Below are positions 47,504-57,053 of a stretch of DNA of 64,000 bases, piece after piece; position 1 is the stretch's first letter, and each line of letters begins with the position of its first letter. The notes beneath the pieces were generated by a model. It was not told where the DNA came from. It searched no databases and saw nothing but the letters and a program-made list of their open reading frames with translations. The stretch lies in contig JAQUQE010000001.1 of assembly GCA_028716225.1 (NCBI GenBank), forward strand, positions 93,407 to 157,406. The letters run 5' to 3'. The stretch is from Dehalococcoidales bacterium (GTDB lineage: Bacteria > Chloroflexota > Dehalococcoidia > Dehalococcoidales > UBA5760). The position numbers and the translations under genes are program-made.

Positions 47504-47742
47504 ATTTACTTCACTTTGAGGTTGACGGTAAAAGCTATTCTAAAGATACTACATATAGAACAACATTTTGTCAAGACCCAAAATGCTCACTTTCAAAAAT
47601 ACCAATAGGCCAGCGTTACAGAATGCACCTTACAACTAGAAGTAACGTCATTGCACAATAACTAGCCTTGTAATATATTATATTGAGAGAAACAGTTTGT
47701 CAATACGTAAATCAATTATTTACTGATTTGTGAGGATTTGCC

Positions 47743-49233
47743 GTGAATCTTAAGAAAGTACTGGAGGTTACCGCCCGTGAGGTACCGCAACGAACTGCCC
47801 TCGTTTTTGGCCCGCAGAAAATTTCCTACCGAGAGTTAGACACGGCTGCTAACAGGGTAGCCAATACGTTGATTGGATTAGGGGTAAAGAAAAGTGACCA
47901 TGTTGCTATCTTAATGTCCCATAACCCCGATTGGGTTATTAGCTACTTCGGCATTATCAAAACTGGCGGCGTAGCCATACTGCTCAGTCCTATGCTGAAA
48001 GCGCCCGAGCTTGCTTCCCTGCTACGTGATTCTGATGCCGGGGTACTGATCACGGAAAGAAGACTATCCCGGATGCTTACTACCTTCCGACCCGATATCC
48101 CACGGCTACAGCATGTCCTAGATGTCGACAGTGAAACTTACAAATCAATGCTAGCGAAAGTCTCTGCGGTATCTCCGGATGTCAACATTAATAACGATGA
48201 TACGGCTACTATTATATATACGTCAGGGGTATTGGGCAGGCAAAAAGGGGTAGTACATACCCATGCTTCTCTTATGGGAACACCTGACATAGTATCCGCA
48301 GGACTTCATAGAGTCGGAGACGACGTGGTTATCGACCCGGTTCCCTTTTTCTACCTCCTGGGATTAAGCGAACTCCTTTTCGGATCGATCATAAAAGGGT
48401 CTACTGTAGTAATAATCCCCCGTTTCACTCCCAGGTCCGTTCTAGAAGCCGTAGAGCGGAAAAAAGGTAGTATCCTCTTCGGAGTTCCGGCAATGTACAA
48501 TGCTTTAGCCATGCTGCCGGATAAGGTCATCAGTGATTACGACCTTAGTTCATTGAGAGTTGCCTCTTCAGCCGGGGCGAAGTCATCACCACATCTCATG
48601 GGGATACTGGAGAACAAGCTCAATCTGACTTTCTGCGAAACGTACGGCCTTTCGGAACTTTCCGTTGTTTCTATGAGCACTCTCGATAACCACAAACTGG
48701 GTACCGTGGGCAAACCGATCTGCGATCTCAGGATAGTTGCCGATAACGGAGAGGAGGTTGCTCCCGGTGAAGTAGGAGAGGCTGTTTTCAAGGCCCCCTG
48801 GATGATGAAGGAATACTATAAGGCCCCCGAACTCACGGCTCAGGTCATTAGAGACGGCTGGTTTTATACCGGAGATTTGGTCCGTGTGGATGAAGATGAC
48901 TACCTTGAATATGTAGAAAAGAAATCATTCATAATAGTAACACAGTCAGGATTAAAAATATCCCCATGGGATGTCGAGGATGTGCTCTTAAGTCATCCCG
49001 CTGTCGCTGAAGCAGCCTATGTTGGGGTTGGCTGTGTCTCCGATGAACTTATTCCTACCGCCTTTATCGTCCTCAAGGAAGGGCAGGTTGCCAGCGAAGC
49101 AGTAATGGCCGCTTTCTGCCGCCAGAACCTGGCTGACTTCAAATTACCCAAGAAGTTTGAGTTCGTGGACAGTATACCCAGGACCGGCTCCGGAAAAATT
49201 TTGAGGCAACAGCTCAAAGAGAGACAGGATTGA
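47743..49233 (+). CDS. AMP-forming acyl-CoA synthetase / ligase (ANL superfamily)
   Basis: 496 aa with a GTG start. A3-like motif YTSGVLGRQKGV, A5 ETYGLSE, A8 GWFYTGD, and A10 PRTGSGKILR. Confidence 0.88.
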   Translation: MNLKKVLEVTAREVPQRTALVFGPQKISYRELDTAANRVANTLIGLGVKKSDHVAILMSHNPDWVISYFGIIKTGGVAILLSPMLKAPELASLLRDSDAGVLITERRLSRMLTTFRPDIPRLQHVLDVDSETYKSMLAKVSAVSPDVNINNDDTATIIYTSGVLGRQKGVVHTHASLMGTPDIVSAGLHRVGDDVVIDPVPFFYLLGLSELLFGSIIKGSTVVIIPRFTPRSVLEAVERKKGSILFGVPAMYNALAMLPDKVISDYDLSSLRVASSAGAKSSPHLMGILENKLNLTFCETYGLSELSVVSMSTLDNHKLGTVGKPICDLRIVADNGEEVAPGEVGEAVFKAPWMMKEYYKAPELTAQVIRDGWFYTGDLVRVDEDDYLEYVEKKSFIIVTQSGLKISPWDVEDVLLSHPAVAEAAYVGVGCVSDELIPTAFIVLKEGQVASEAVMAAFCRQNLADFKLPKKFEFVDSIPRTGSGKILRQQLKERQD

Positions 49234-49381
49234 AATCCTGCACCTTGGGCGTATTGCGTTGTTTTTCTTGCCTTGACTCCACCACAAGTATTCTATATCA
49301 GAAGGACCGCCGCAATAGCCCCACTACTCCGTAATCCCGGTACTACCACCAACATTGTATAATCACGGGTCAAACGAGATT

Positions 49382-50269
49382 CTATTTCCCCTTCTTTATC
49401 CACATCCTCTCACCATCGGTGATAAATTCGACTGTGCCGTCATCACTGGTACGGTATATATTTCCCATACCTGTCTTTTCTGCCAGCCTGGTTATTACCC
49501 CGTCGGCAGGATGACCATATTCATTATCAGCGCCTACTGAGATGACAGCTATTCGGGGATTAACCACAGCCAGGAACTGGGGTGTAGTAGAAGTATCGGA
49601 GCCGTGATGACCGACTTTGAGTACCGTGCTGTTCAGCTTGGCCCGGCCGTGTATCAGCTCAAGTTCGACTTCCCACATTGTATCAGCCGTAAGCAGGAAG
49701 CTTATCTCGTCCATGCTCAGCCGTAATACCATGCCATTGTTATCAATGTCGGATTCAGTGCCGGTCAAAAGAGGCCGGGGAGGATTGAGTACCTCCAGTA
49801 ATACTCCACCGCCCAGATCGATTTGCTGTCCGGCTCGGGCAAAGCTGCATCTATTATCCTTCTGCCGGACTAACCGAAGCCACTCATTATATATACCGGA
49901 CACGTAGGCTAAATCAGGGTAGAGCACCTGCTCGACATTGTATCTATTTAATACTTCCACCAGGCCGGTAACATGATCGGCGCTAGGGTGAGTCAACACT
50001 ACCATTTCGATAGTCCTGTCCCAAAAGGGCATTTTTTCGCCCAACTCCAAACCGATTGCCTGCGGGCTGGGGCCGCCATCAATCAGCACCTGCTGATTAC
50101 CTCTCTGAATAAGGATAGCGTCACCCTGTCCGACGTCAAGAAAACTGACGTGGAGCTTGTCATCCGGTGCAGTAACCTCAAAAAGCCATAATAACATAGC
50201 TGCGACTGCTAGGGACAGTAGCACCCACTTGATATATGTTTTGGGAATAAAATCAGATATCTTATTCAT
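49382..50269 (-). CDS. membrane-anchored MBL-fold hydrolase corresponding to the ComEC C-terminal domain
   Basis: One N-terminal TM helix (WVLLSLAVAAMLLWLF). Then FLDVGQGDAILIQ, HPSADHVTG and VGHHGS metallo-beta-lactamase motifs. The ATG overlaps the upstream comEC stop by 8 nt. Confidence 0.85.
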   Translation of the reverse strand: MNKISDFIPKTYIKWVLLSLAVAAMLLWLFEVTAPDDKLHVSFLDVGQGDAILIQRGNQQVLIDGGPSPQAIGLELGEKMPFWDRTIEMVVLTHPSADHVTGLVEVLNRYNVEQVLYPDLAYVSGIYNEWLRLVRQKDNRCSFARAGQQIDLGGGVLLEVLNPPRPLLTGTESDIDNNGMVLRLSMDEISFLLTADTMWEVELELIHGRAKLNSTVLKVGHHGSDTSTTPQFLAVVNPRIAVISVGADNEYGHPADGVITRLAEKTGMGNIYRTSDDGTVEFITDGERMWIKKGK

Positions 50270-51812
50270 CCCGATCCTGTCCCGGTTTCAGAAATTTGAC
50301 GGCGAGGGTACTTACTTTACGGCGGTTGCTGCTAAAGAAGATAGCCAGCGCTAAAGCCAGGTAGTAAATCCAGACCGCACTTAAGTTAAGGGAAATATCC
50401 AGGGAGGACAATGGGATAGCGGCGAAAGCCCTGATCACCAGCAAGAGGTAGAATAACAAAAGCCAGGTTAACCACCCGATAACCTGAGCTACGGGGAGGG
50501 CAAAGAATCCCAGAACACCGGATATAGCGCTGCCGGTAATAGCACCGGGCAGGGCGGGGAGAGCAAGCAAGGTAGCCGGGATAGCTACAAATGAGACAAT
50601 GCCGAAGTAGTAAGCGATTAGCGGCCCGACTCCGATAATAGCCCCCAGGCTTATACTAAAGCCATCGCTGGTAAAATTAGCCGCGGTTACTATCGGCCTG
50701 TCTTCACCCATGGTTGCTCTGATGGCTTTTCTACCTAAAGTCCGGAAGAAGGGAGCAATCAGGATCAGGCCAGACATAGCCGCGAAGCTCATCTGGAAGG
50801 AGGCCGTCCACAGGATTTGTGGTTCGATAGCTACCATAATAGCAGCAGCGAAGGTAAGAGCGGTGATGGCACTGCGCTGTCTGCCGAGAATGTCGGCAGC
50901 AAGAAACAGGCTGGCCATAATTGCCGCCCGGACTATTGGCGGGTGCATCCCGCTGATTAGGGTATAAAACCAGATCGCAGCCAGTGCCAGCCAGATGTAG
51001 AGATAGTACCTTCTCCCCCAGAGCCAAATACCGGCGCCGAGCAGGACACCGGCTAGAATACTGAGATGAAGGCCGGAAATAGCCAGCAGGTGGGTAGTGC
51101 TGGTACGGGAGAAATCATCCTTGATCGATAGGGGAATATTTCCCCTGATGCCCAGAGTGACAGCCTGAGCCATTGACGCCTGGGGCTCAGGTAAAACCTG
51201 GGTCAAGGTTTGGGACATCCGGTTTCTTACCGAATAAACCCAAGCCAGTGGTTTAAGCCCCTTTTCTCTCGCTAGAATTTCTATTTCAGGGTAGGACATC
51301 AATGAATAAACCCCCTGGTGGGCAAGGTAAGACTGGTAGTCAAAGTCATTAACCGGGAGGGGTGTCTCAAGCTTCCCTGTAATCAGGAGTACATCACCAT
51401 ACTTATAGCCGGTATATCGCGGTACAAACAGCAACGCGGTACCTGATACCTTGTGCCATTTTGCGCCAGATCTCAATTCTTCGACCGACAAGCGTATTTG
51501 AGTAGTTTTATCCCTGACATCCGGATCAGCGCCAACGATTCCCTTGACCGTAACCGCTTCCTGGTTATTGTAAAAGCACAGTTGATTTTCATCAATAGCG
51601 GGCTGACTTGCCTCAAACCTGATGACACCCCCGAAAAAAGCGGCCAGACAGAGGCCGACTAAGATAATTACTTTCTTACGATGGCGGAGCCGAAGAACCA
51701 GAGGGAGAGGAATAAGCCCGGTGAGAAGAATGATCGGTGGTGGGCTAAATTCTAGCCATCCGCCCAAAAAGATACCGGCTAGCCAAGCACAGCTAAGATA
51801 AATAAGTGCCAA
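50262..51812 (-). CDS. comEC: ComEC/Rec2 DNA-uptake channel protein (OB/DUF4131 + competence domains, no MBL domain)
   Basis: 516 aa and polytopic, with a TTG start. Conserved HLLAISGLHL competence-domain motif. Confidence 0.88.
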   Translation of the reverse strand: MALIYLSCAWLAGIFLGGWLEFSPPPIILLTGLIPLPLVLRLRHRKKVIILVGLCLAAFFGGVIRFEASQPAIDENQLCFYNNQEAVTVKGIVGADPDVRDKTTQIRLSVEELRSGAKWHKVSGTALLFVPRYTGYKYGDVLLITGKLETPLPVNDFDYQSYLAHQGVYSLMSYPEIEILAREKGLKPLAWVYSVRNRMSQTLTQVLPEPQASMAQAVTLGIRGNIPLSIKDDFSRTSTTHLLAISGLHLSILAGVLLGAGIWLWGRRYYLYIWLALAAIWFYTLISGMHPPIVRAAIMASLFLAADILGRQRSAITALTFAAAIMVAIEPQILWTASFQMSFAAMSGLILIAPFFRTLGRKAIRATMGEDRPIVTAANFTSDGFSISLGAIIGVGPLIAYYFGIVSFVAIPATLLALPALPGAITGSAISGVLGFFALPVAQVIGWLTWLLLFYLLLVIRAFAAIPLSSLDISLNLSAVWIYYLALALAIFFSSNRRKVSTLAVKFLKPGQDRDE

Positions 51813-51829
51813 TGTCCGTCATCCTGGAT

Positions 51830-52333
51830 TTATTCGACTACAGCAACCAGTGGCTCAATCTGCCGGAAGATACTAGTCTCGATACCGCTTACCTTAGTCA
51901 GTTCACCGGTATTGCGGAAGGGGCCATGCTGGTTACGATAGTCTACGATAGCATTAGCTCTATCACTACCAATCCCGGGTAAAGCCTCAAGCAACCATGC
52001 TTCAGCCCGGTTAATGTCAACCTTTTGTGGAGAGTCTTTCTCCCCTGCCTCAGCAATATAGAGGCTGATGTTATCACATTCAATTCCGGTATTCGTATCC
52101 CCGGCAGCCTGAACCAGTATCGCTATGCTATCGTCGGCTCTTAACGGGTACAACCCGGGGTTTTTAACCGCTCCGCCGATATAGACCTCTCCTATTTGCT
52201 CTGCGGGGGGAGGGCTGGAGATGATAATCTCCGTAGCCTGCTTACCGCTATATCGTGACCAGACTAAGATACCCGCCGTGACAACAATAGCCAGTAGCGA
52301 AATGGCAAGTGGCGTCCAGCGTCTGTTTTCCAT
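51830..52333 (-). CDS. comEA: ComEA-type DNA receptor (SLBB + helix-hairpin-helix)
   Basis: N-terminal TM helix, GAVKNPGLY (SLBB), and LEALPGIGSDRANAIVDYR...GPF (HhH). Confidence 0.88.
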   Translation of the reverse strand: MENRRWTPLAISLLAIVVTAGILVWSRYSGKQATEIIISSPPPAEQIGEVYIGGAVKNPGLYPLRADDSIAILVQAAGDTNTGIECDNISLYIAEAGEKDSPQKVDINRAEAWLLEALPGIGSDRANAIVDYRNQHGPFRNTGELTKVSGIETSIFRQIEPLVAVVE

Positions 52334-52430
52334 ATCAGCCCTCCCGGTCCTGATTTACATAACAATATAGATAGCCATAAATGCAGGGGAATCTACCAAG
52401 TATAATTGGCATCCGGATGGTTAGGGCAAC

Positions 52431-52458
52431 AGTATAATAGGAACCCGGACGATGTCAA
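52431..52458 (-). promoter_or_regulatory. comEA-comEC promoter
   Basis: Reverse strand TTGACA (52458..52453), 16 nt, TATACT (52436..52431). Confidence 0.5.
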
Positions 52459-52598
52459 ACGCGATTACACGAACTAAAGCCAATAATCCGCTGCCTTATT
52501 GATAGAAAGCCTCCTGCTGAAGGCTATCCGGGGAAAGTGAAGAAGTGGGGGTATGAATGGATAGAGGGGAACTACCATCCCGCTTACATTTAAGTACT

Positions 52599-53261
52599 TT
52601 AAGTACTGCTGAGTACGGTACGCAGCGCTTCTTCCTGCTCCGGAGTAGTGATTGCTATTATCCTGTCCCCATCCCTGATTGTTGTGTCAGCAGAAGGAAT
52701 GTGAGGCTTTTGTGACTGGTGGATAATTAGAGACAGCCTGCTTCCCGGTGGCAGGGGAAGCTCCTTTACCTTCTTACCGACTGCTTTCGAATTGGGCAGA
52801 ATTCTGATTTCCACAATCTCCAGACCCACCTCGCCGAGGTCCTTCAGATGTGTCAGAGGGTATGTTGGCAGTTCTCCCTTGATGTGCTCCAGAATAACGT
52901 TGGTACTGTCTACCGTAATGTCAATCCCCAGTTTTCTAAAGACAATTTCGTTCTGGGGATTTCTAATTCGGGCTATGGTTCGAACAACATTGAACCTGTA
53001 TTTGGCAACCTGGCAGGCAACCAGGTTATCTTCATCGTCCCCGGTTACTGCAATAAGTATGTCAGCCCGGCTGGTGCCTTGCTCAGCCAGAGTTGCCGCT
53101 TCGCAGCCGTCGCCACGAATGCAAACGCCACCCAGCTCATCGTTAATGATTTTGCATACCCCGGCATCCTTTTCAATAATGACTACCTCATGGCCTTCGC
53201 TCAATAAAGCTTTAGTCAGATAATAACCTACTCTACCACCACCGATGACTATGATATACAT
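52599..53261 (-). CDS. RCK protein (TrkA-N + TrkA-C, KtrA-size)
   Basis: 220 aa. Rossmann segment IIVIGGGRVGYYL...EVVIIEKD, and a C-terminal RCK_C region (GDRIIAITTPEQ). Confidence 0.85.
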   Translation of the reverse strand: MYIIVIGGGRVGYYLTKALLSEGHEVVIIEKDAGVCKIINDELGGVCIRGDGCEAATLAEQGTSRADILIAVTGDDEDNLVACQVAKYRFNVVRTIARIRNPQNEIVFRKLGIDITVDSTNVILEHIKGELPTYPLTHLKDLGEVGLEIVEIRILPNSKAVGKKVKELPLPPGSRLSLIIHQSQKPHIPSADTTIRDGDRIIAITTPEQEEALRTVLSST

Positions 53262-53270
53262 ATTTCCGCT

Positions 53271-53669
53271 TCAGCTTTCCACCCTTTCTCTCAATATCTG
53301 GGCAAATATTGTGGTCGGGCTGATGGTCTCGAGCCCCATGGTACTGTACAACTCCTGGCGCAGGGGATCATAAATACGGCTGACCACTTTGGGCACATTG
53401 AATATATTCTTGGCGATTTGAGACGCCATAATATTACGATTATCACCCTGGGTAGTGGCAACGAAGGCATCCGCATCCTCTATGCCCGATCTTTTAAGAA
53501 CTTCTTGATCAAGACCATTACCTACCAAGGCGTTGCCTTTGAAATTTGGGGGCAGCCTCCGAAAACTATAGGTATCCGTATCCAGAATAGTTACTGAATG
53601 TCCATCACCATCCAGCAGTCCGGCCAGTCTAGCTCCAACCCGACCGCAACCCATAATTACTACTTTCAT
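53271..53669 (-). CDS. RCK N-domain-only protein (TrkA-N)
   Basis: 132 aa. VVIMGCGRVGARLAGLL...VTILD Rossmann motif, with no C-terminal RCK_C domain. Confidence 0.8.
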   Translation of the reverse strand: MKVVIMGCGRVGARLAGLLDGDGHSVTILDTDTYSFRRLPPNFKGNALVGNGLDQEVLKRSGIEDADAFVATTQGDNRNIMASQIAKNIFNVPKVVSRIYDPLRQELYSTMGLETISPTTIFAQILRERVES

Positions 53670-53686
53670 AAACCAAATCCCTTTAG

Positions 53687-54130
53687 TTAGGTATTTGAGA
53701 TAGGACCCAGATGATATAGTATGACGCGACAGGGGGCATTTTCAAGCACGTAAGGAACAACTTCACCCAGGCTAAACTCTCCGAAGCGCCTCTTGTAGGC
53801 AAAACCCATCACGATCAGATCAACCTCACAGCCAACGGCTTCATTAACAATGGCCGGCCCAACTTCACGGGCCTGGAGCACCTCGGTATCGATCTTGTAA
53901 TTATGCTCCGCAGCAATTCTCTCTACGCGGTTCAGTATCTCTTCAGCTTTCTGAATTTCGGGTTTGATCTCGGCGTCCAGCGGCAGGTCACGTTTCAGCG
54001 TGATAACATAAATAACACGGACCTGGCACTTGTCCTGCTTACCCAATCTACAAGCGAACAGAATTGCTTCTTCATCGGCCTGACTGCCAATTACAGGTAA
54101 CAGAATTTGGCTAAATCTAATTACTTCCAT
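53687..54130 (-). CDS. universal stress protein (UspA family)
   Basis: 147 aa. DLIVMGFAYKRRFGEFSLGEVVPYVLENAPCRVILY, the Usp ATP-binding-type C-terminus. Confidence 0.85.
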   Translation of the reverse strand: MEVIRFSQILLPVIGSQADEEAILFACRLGKQDKCQVRVIYVITLKRDLPLDAEIKPEIQKAEEILNRVERIAAEHNYKIDTEVLQAREVGPAIVNEAVGCEVDLIVMGFAYKRRFGEFSLGEVVPYVLENAPCRVILYHLGPISNT

Positions 54131-54220
54131 CTCACCTTGTTACTGAGCACCGATAATTATACTCCCCCGGTCAAGATACTACAACCATACTGCAATTCAC
54201 CAGCTAAAACTTCATATTAG

Positions 54221-55675
54221 CTAGCGCCACTGCCAAAACGATGGAGCAAAGAGAGCAAACACCGTGAGCAGCTCAAGACGCCCTGCCAGCATGCATACTA
54301 TCAGGGTAACCTTCCCGGCAGCAGGAACGAAGGCGTAGTCCAGCACCGGTCCTACCATGCCCAGGCCGGGGCCAACGTTCCCCAGGGTAGCAATAACAGA
54401 AGACAGGGCGGTTATCTGGCTAAGCCCGAAAGAACTCATTATCAAAAAGCTGACAATCATGGTAGTAAAGTACAGAACGGTCATACCGATGACACCGGAG
54501 ACAACCTGCTCCGACAGCACGGTATTCCCCACCTTTAGAGGGATGACCGCCTGGGGATTAAAGGCGAGTGCAATCCGGCGATATGTATACTTCAACAATA
54601 CCAGTATCCTGCTCACCTTCAGCGCTCCTCCCGTTGAGCCGGCCGAGGCACCGACTATCATCAGAACAAGCAGAGTCGCCTTGGCGAATGCCGGCCAGCT
54701 GTTAAAATTAACGGTACTGAAACCAGTTGTCGTCATGACTGAAACAACCTGAAAGACGCTATGTCTAAAGGCACTACCGGCAGACATCCCCATGCTGTTT
54801 ATTAAATTCAAAGCAATAAGAATGGAAGCGCCGACAAGCAAACCGATGTAAAATCTGAATTCCGGGTTAACGAAAAGACGCCCGGGTTGACGTTTCCACA
54901 AGCATAGATAGTGTAGTCCGAAATTAACTCCGGCGATTATCATAAAGGTAATAACGATGCTTTCCACGATTACGCTGTTATAGGCACCGATGCTCAGGCT
55001 TCTGGCGGCAAAACCTCCGGTGGGCATTGTACCGAAGGTAATCGTTATAGCGTCGAATGCGGATATATTCCCCGCCTGCCAGAGCAGCATGAACTCCACA
55101 ATTGAGAAGCCAACGTAGAGGTACCATAGCGACTTTACCGTATCCTGGATGCGGGCGGTCAACTTTTCTGCCTGAGGCCCCGGTATTTCAGCTTCGACCA
55201 TGTGAGCAGCTCCTATGCCGAACAGAGGGAATAAGGCAACAAATAGTGTTATTATTCCCATTCCCCCCAGCCACTGAGTGAAGTTGCGCCACAGGAGAAT
55301 ACCTTGGGGTTGGCTTTCAATAGAGCTAAGGACGGTAGCTCCGGTAGTGGTATAGCCTGACATAGCCTCAAAATAAGCGTCAAGATAGCCAGGAAAAACT
55401 CCGGCCAGTTGATAAGGTATCGCGCTGAAGGCTGAAGCTAGCAGCCACCCGCAGGTGACGAAGAGTAGCGCTTCCCGTCGGCTGAATCTCCCCCCACCAC
55501 CCGGAGTCAAACGCCAGAGCAGTAGACCTGAGCAAGCGGTGATGCCTGCTGAAATGGCAAATGACTGGGACACCGGTTCACCGTAGTAGCCACTCCAACC
55601 CGTAGGAAAGAGCATGGCTATACCGAGCCCTATTATCAGCAGTCCTAGATAGTGGAGAACAACCCTAACTCTCAT
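54221..55675 (-). CDS. trkH: TrkH/KtrB-family potassium transporter
   Basis: 484 aa and polytopic. Pore-loop-like segments SGYTTTGAT, FGTMPTGGF and MTTTGFS. Confidence 0.9.
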   Translation of the reverse strand: MRVRVVLHYLGLLIIGLGIAMLFPTGWSGYYGEPVSQSFAISAGITACSGLLLWRLTPGGGGRFSRREALLFVTCGWLLASAFSAIPYQLAGVFPGYLDAYFEAMSGYTTTGATVLSSIESQPQGILLWRNFTQWLGGMGIITLFVALFPLFGIGAAHMVEAEIPGPQAEKLTARIQDTVKSLWYLYVGFSIVEFMLLWQAGNISAFDAITITFGTMPTGGFAARSLSIGAYNSVIVESIVITFMIIAGVNFGLHYLCLWKRQPGRLFVNPEFRFYIGLLVGASILIALNLINSMGMSAGSAFRHSVFQVVSVMTTTGFSTVNFNSWPAFAKATLLVLMIVGASAGSTGGALKVSRILVLLKYTYRRIALAFNPQAVIPLKVGNTVLSEQVVSGVIGMTVLYFTTMIVSFLIMSSFGLSQITALSSVIATLGNVGPGLGMVGPVLDYAFVPAAGKVTLIVCMLAGRLELLTVFALFAPSFWQWR

Positions 55676-55684
55676 ATCTATTGT

Positions 55685-57049
55685 TTAGGTGAATAACTTT
55701 TCCACAGCCGGGATGAGCGCAAGCGGTGATATTACAATAAGGTGGTCACCCGGTTGTACCGTGCTGTCATCAGGCGGAATGATTACGGTATTGTTGCGAA
55801 CAACAGCTCCACAGATTGCTCCCTTAGGCAGGCCTGCTTCTTTAATACTTCGTTGGGCTATCGGTGCTGTCGGGCCGGTCACAAACTCAATAGCCTGTAC
55901 CTGCTCGCCACCGAGCATGGCTACCGAAATGGCCCCGCCGTGAAGTGCGAAGCGGGCGATTCTACGTGCTGTCAGTAAAGGCGGCGACGCTGCCACATCA
56001 ACACCAACCGCTTCAGCCAGAGGAATATTCCATGGATTATTGACCAGCACTAGATTACGTGAGATTCCCAGGCTCTTAGCTAACAATCCGGAAAGGATAT
56101 TCACTTCGTCGCTTTCGGTACTGGCAACAAAGGCATCGGCTAGTGGGACTCCCTGTTCGATAAGGAAATCCCGGTCAGTACCATCACCCTGGACTACTGC
56201 CGTTCCCTCCAGTCTGCCAGCAATCTCCTGGCTCCGGTCTTCGTTCTTCTCAATAATTTTGACAGGGACCCTACGTTCGCGCAGCCCTTCGGCAACAAGG
56301 CATCCGACACGACCTCCACCCAGGATAACCACACTACTGGCCGGACGCTTTGGTTGGACAAACATCTCCCCTAACTCATCCATAAACTCAGCAGCAGCAA
56401 TCAGGTAAACGCGGTCACCCTCTTTGATGATTTCATCAGCGGCCGGGATAAAGATACCTTCAGCACGAAGAATAGCGGCTATCACACACGGCCTGGGAAA
56501 GGTGATCTTGTTTAATGGTTTGTCTATTGCCATCCCCTTTTCCGTTCTGAATTCCCTTATCTGAACGATACCATTGGCAAAGTTATCCACCGGCGAGGGA
56601 TAAAAACTGGAGAGTATATCAATTATTTCTTTAGAGGCTTCAACCACCGGGTTGATAAAGAGGTCTACCCCGAAGGTCTTCGGCCGGATCACCTTTCTGG
56701 GGGCAGAGGGATCAGTGGCCGGGCTGATAAAATAGCTTGAATATTCGGGGCTACGAACCCGGGCGATCGTCATACGGGCACCCAGCTCCTTAGCAATAAG
56801 GCAGATTATCATGTTGGTTTCATCGCTATCGGTGACAGCAATGATTAAGTCGGCTCGATGAATCTCAGCCTCTATTATGGTCTTGGGTACTGCCGCATTG
56901 TCCAGAATGGTTGCCACATCGAGCTGACGGCGGACGTTCTCTATCGCCTTCTCAGACCGATCTATTACCGCTACCTGGTGGTTTTCCTGGACAAGCAAGG
57001 AGGCTATGTTGAAACCAACTACTCCGGCGCCGGCTATAATAATGTACAT
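55685..57049 (-). CDS. trkA: Trk system potassium uptake protein TrkA (tandem RCK)
   Basis: 454 aa. Two Rossmann motifs (IIIAGAGVVGFNI and VVILGGGRVGCLV), each followed by an RCK_C segment. Confidence 0.9.
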   Translation of the reverse strand: MYIIIAGAGVVGFNIASLLVQENHQVAVIDRSEKAIENVRRQLDVATILDNAAVPKTIIEAEIHRADLIIAVTDSDETNMIICLIAKELGARMTIARVRSPEYSSYFISPATDPSAPRKVIRPKTFGVDLFINPVVEASKEIIDILSSFYPSPVDNFANGIVQIREFRTEKGMAIDKPLNKITFPRPCVIAAILRAEGIFIPAADEIIKEGDRVYLIAAAEFMDELGEMFVQPKRPASSVVILGGGRVGCLVAEGLRERRVPVKIIEKNEDRSQEIAGRLEGTAVVQGDGTDRDFLIEQGVPLADAFVASTESDEVNILSGLLAKSLGISRNLVLVNNPWNIPLAEAVGVDVAASPPLLTARRIARFALHGGAISVAMLGGEQVQAIEFVTGPTAPIAQRSIKEAGLPKGAICGAVVRNNTVIIPPDDSTVQPGDHLIVISPLALIPAVEKLFT

Positions 57050-57053
57050 CTAT

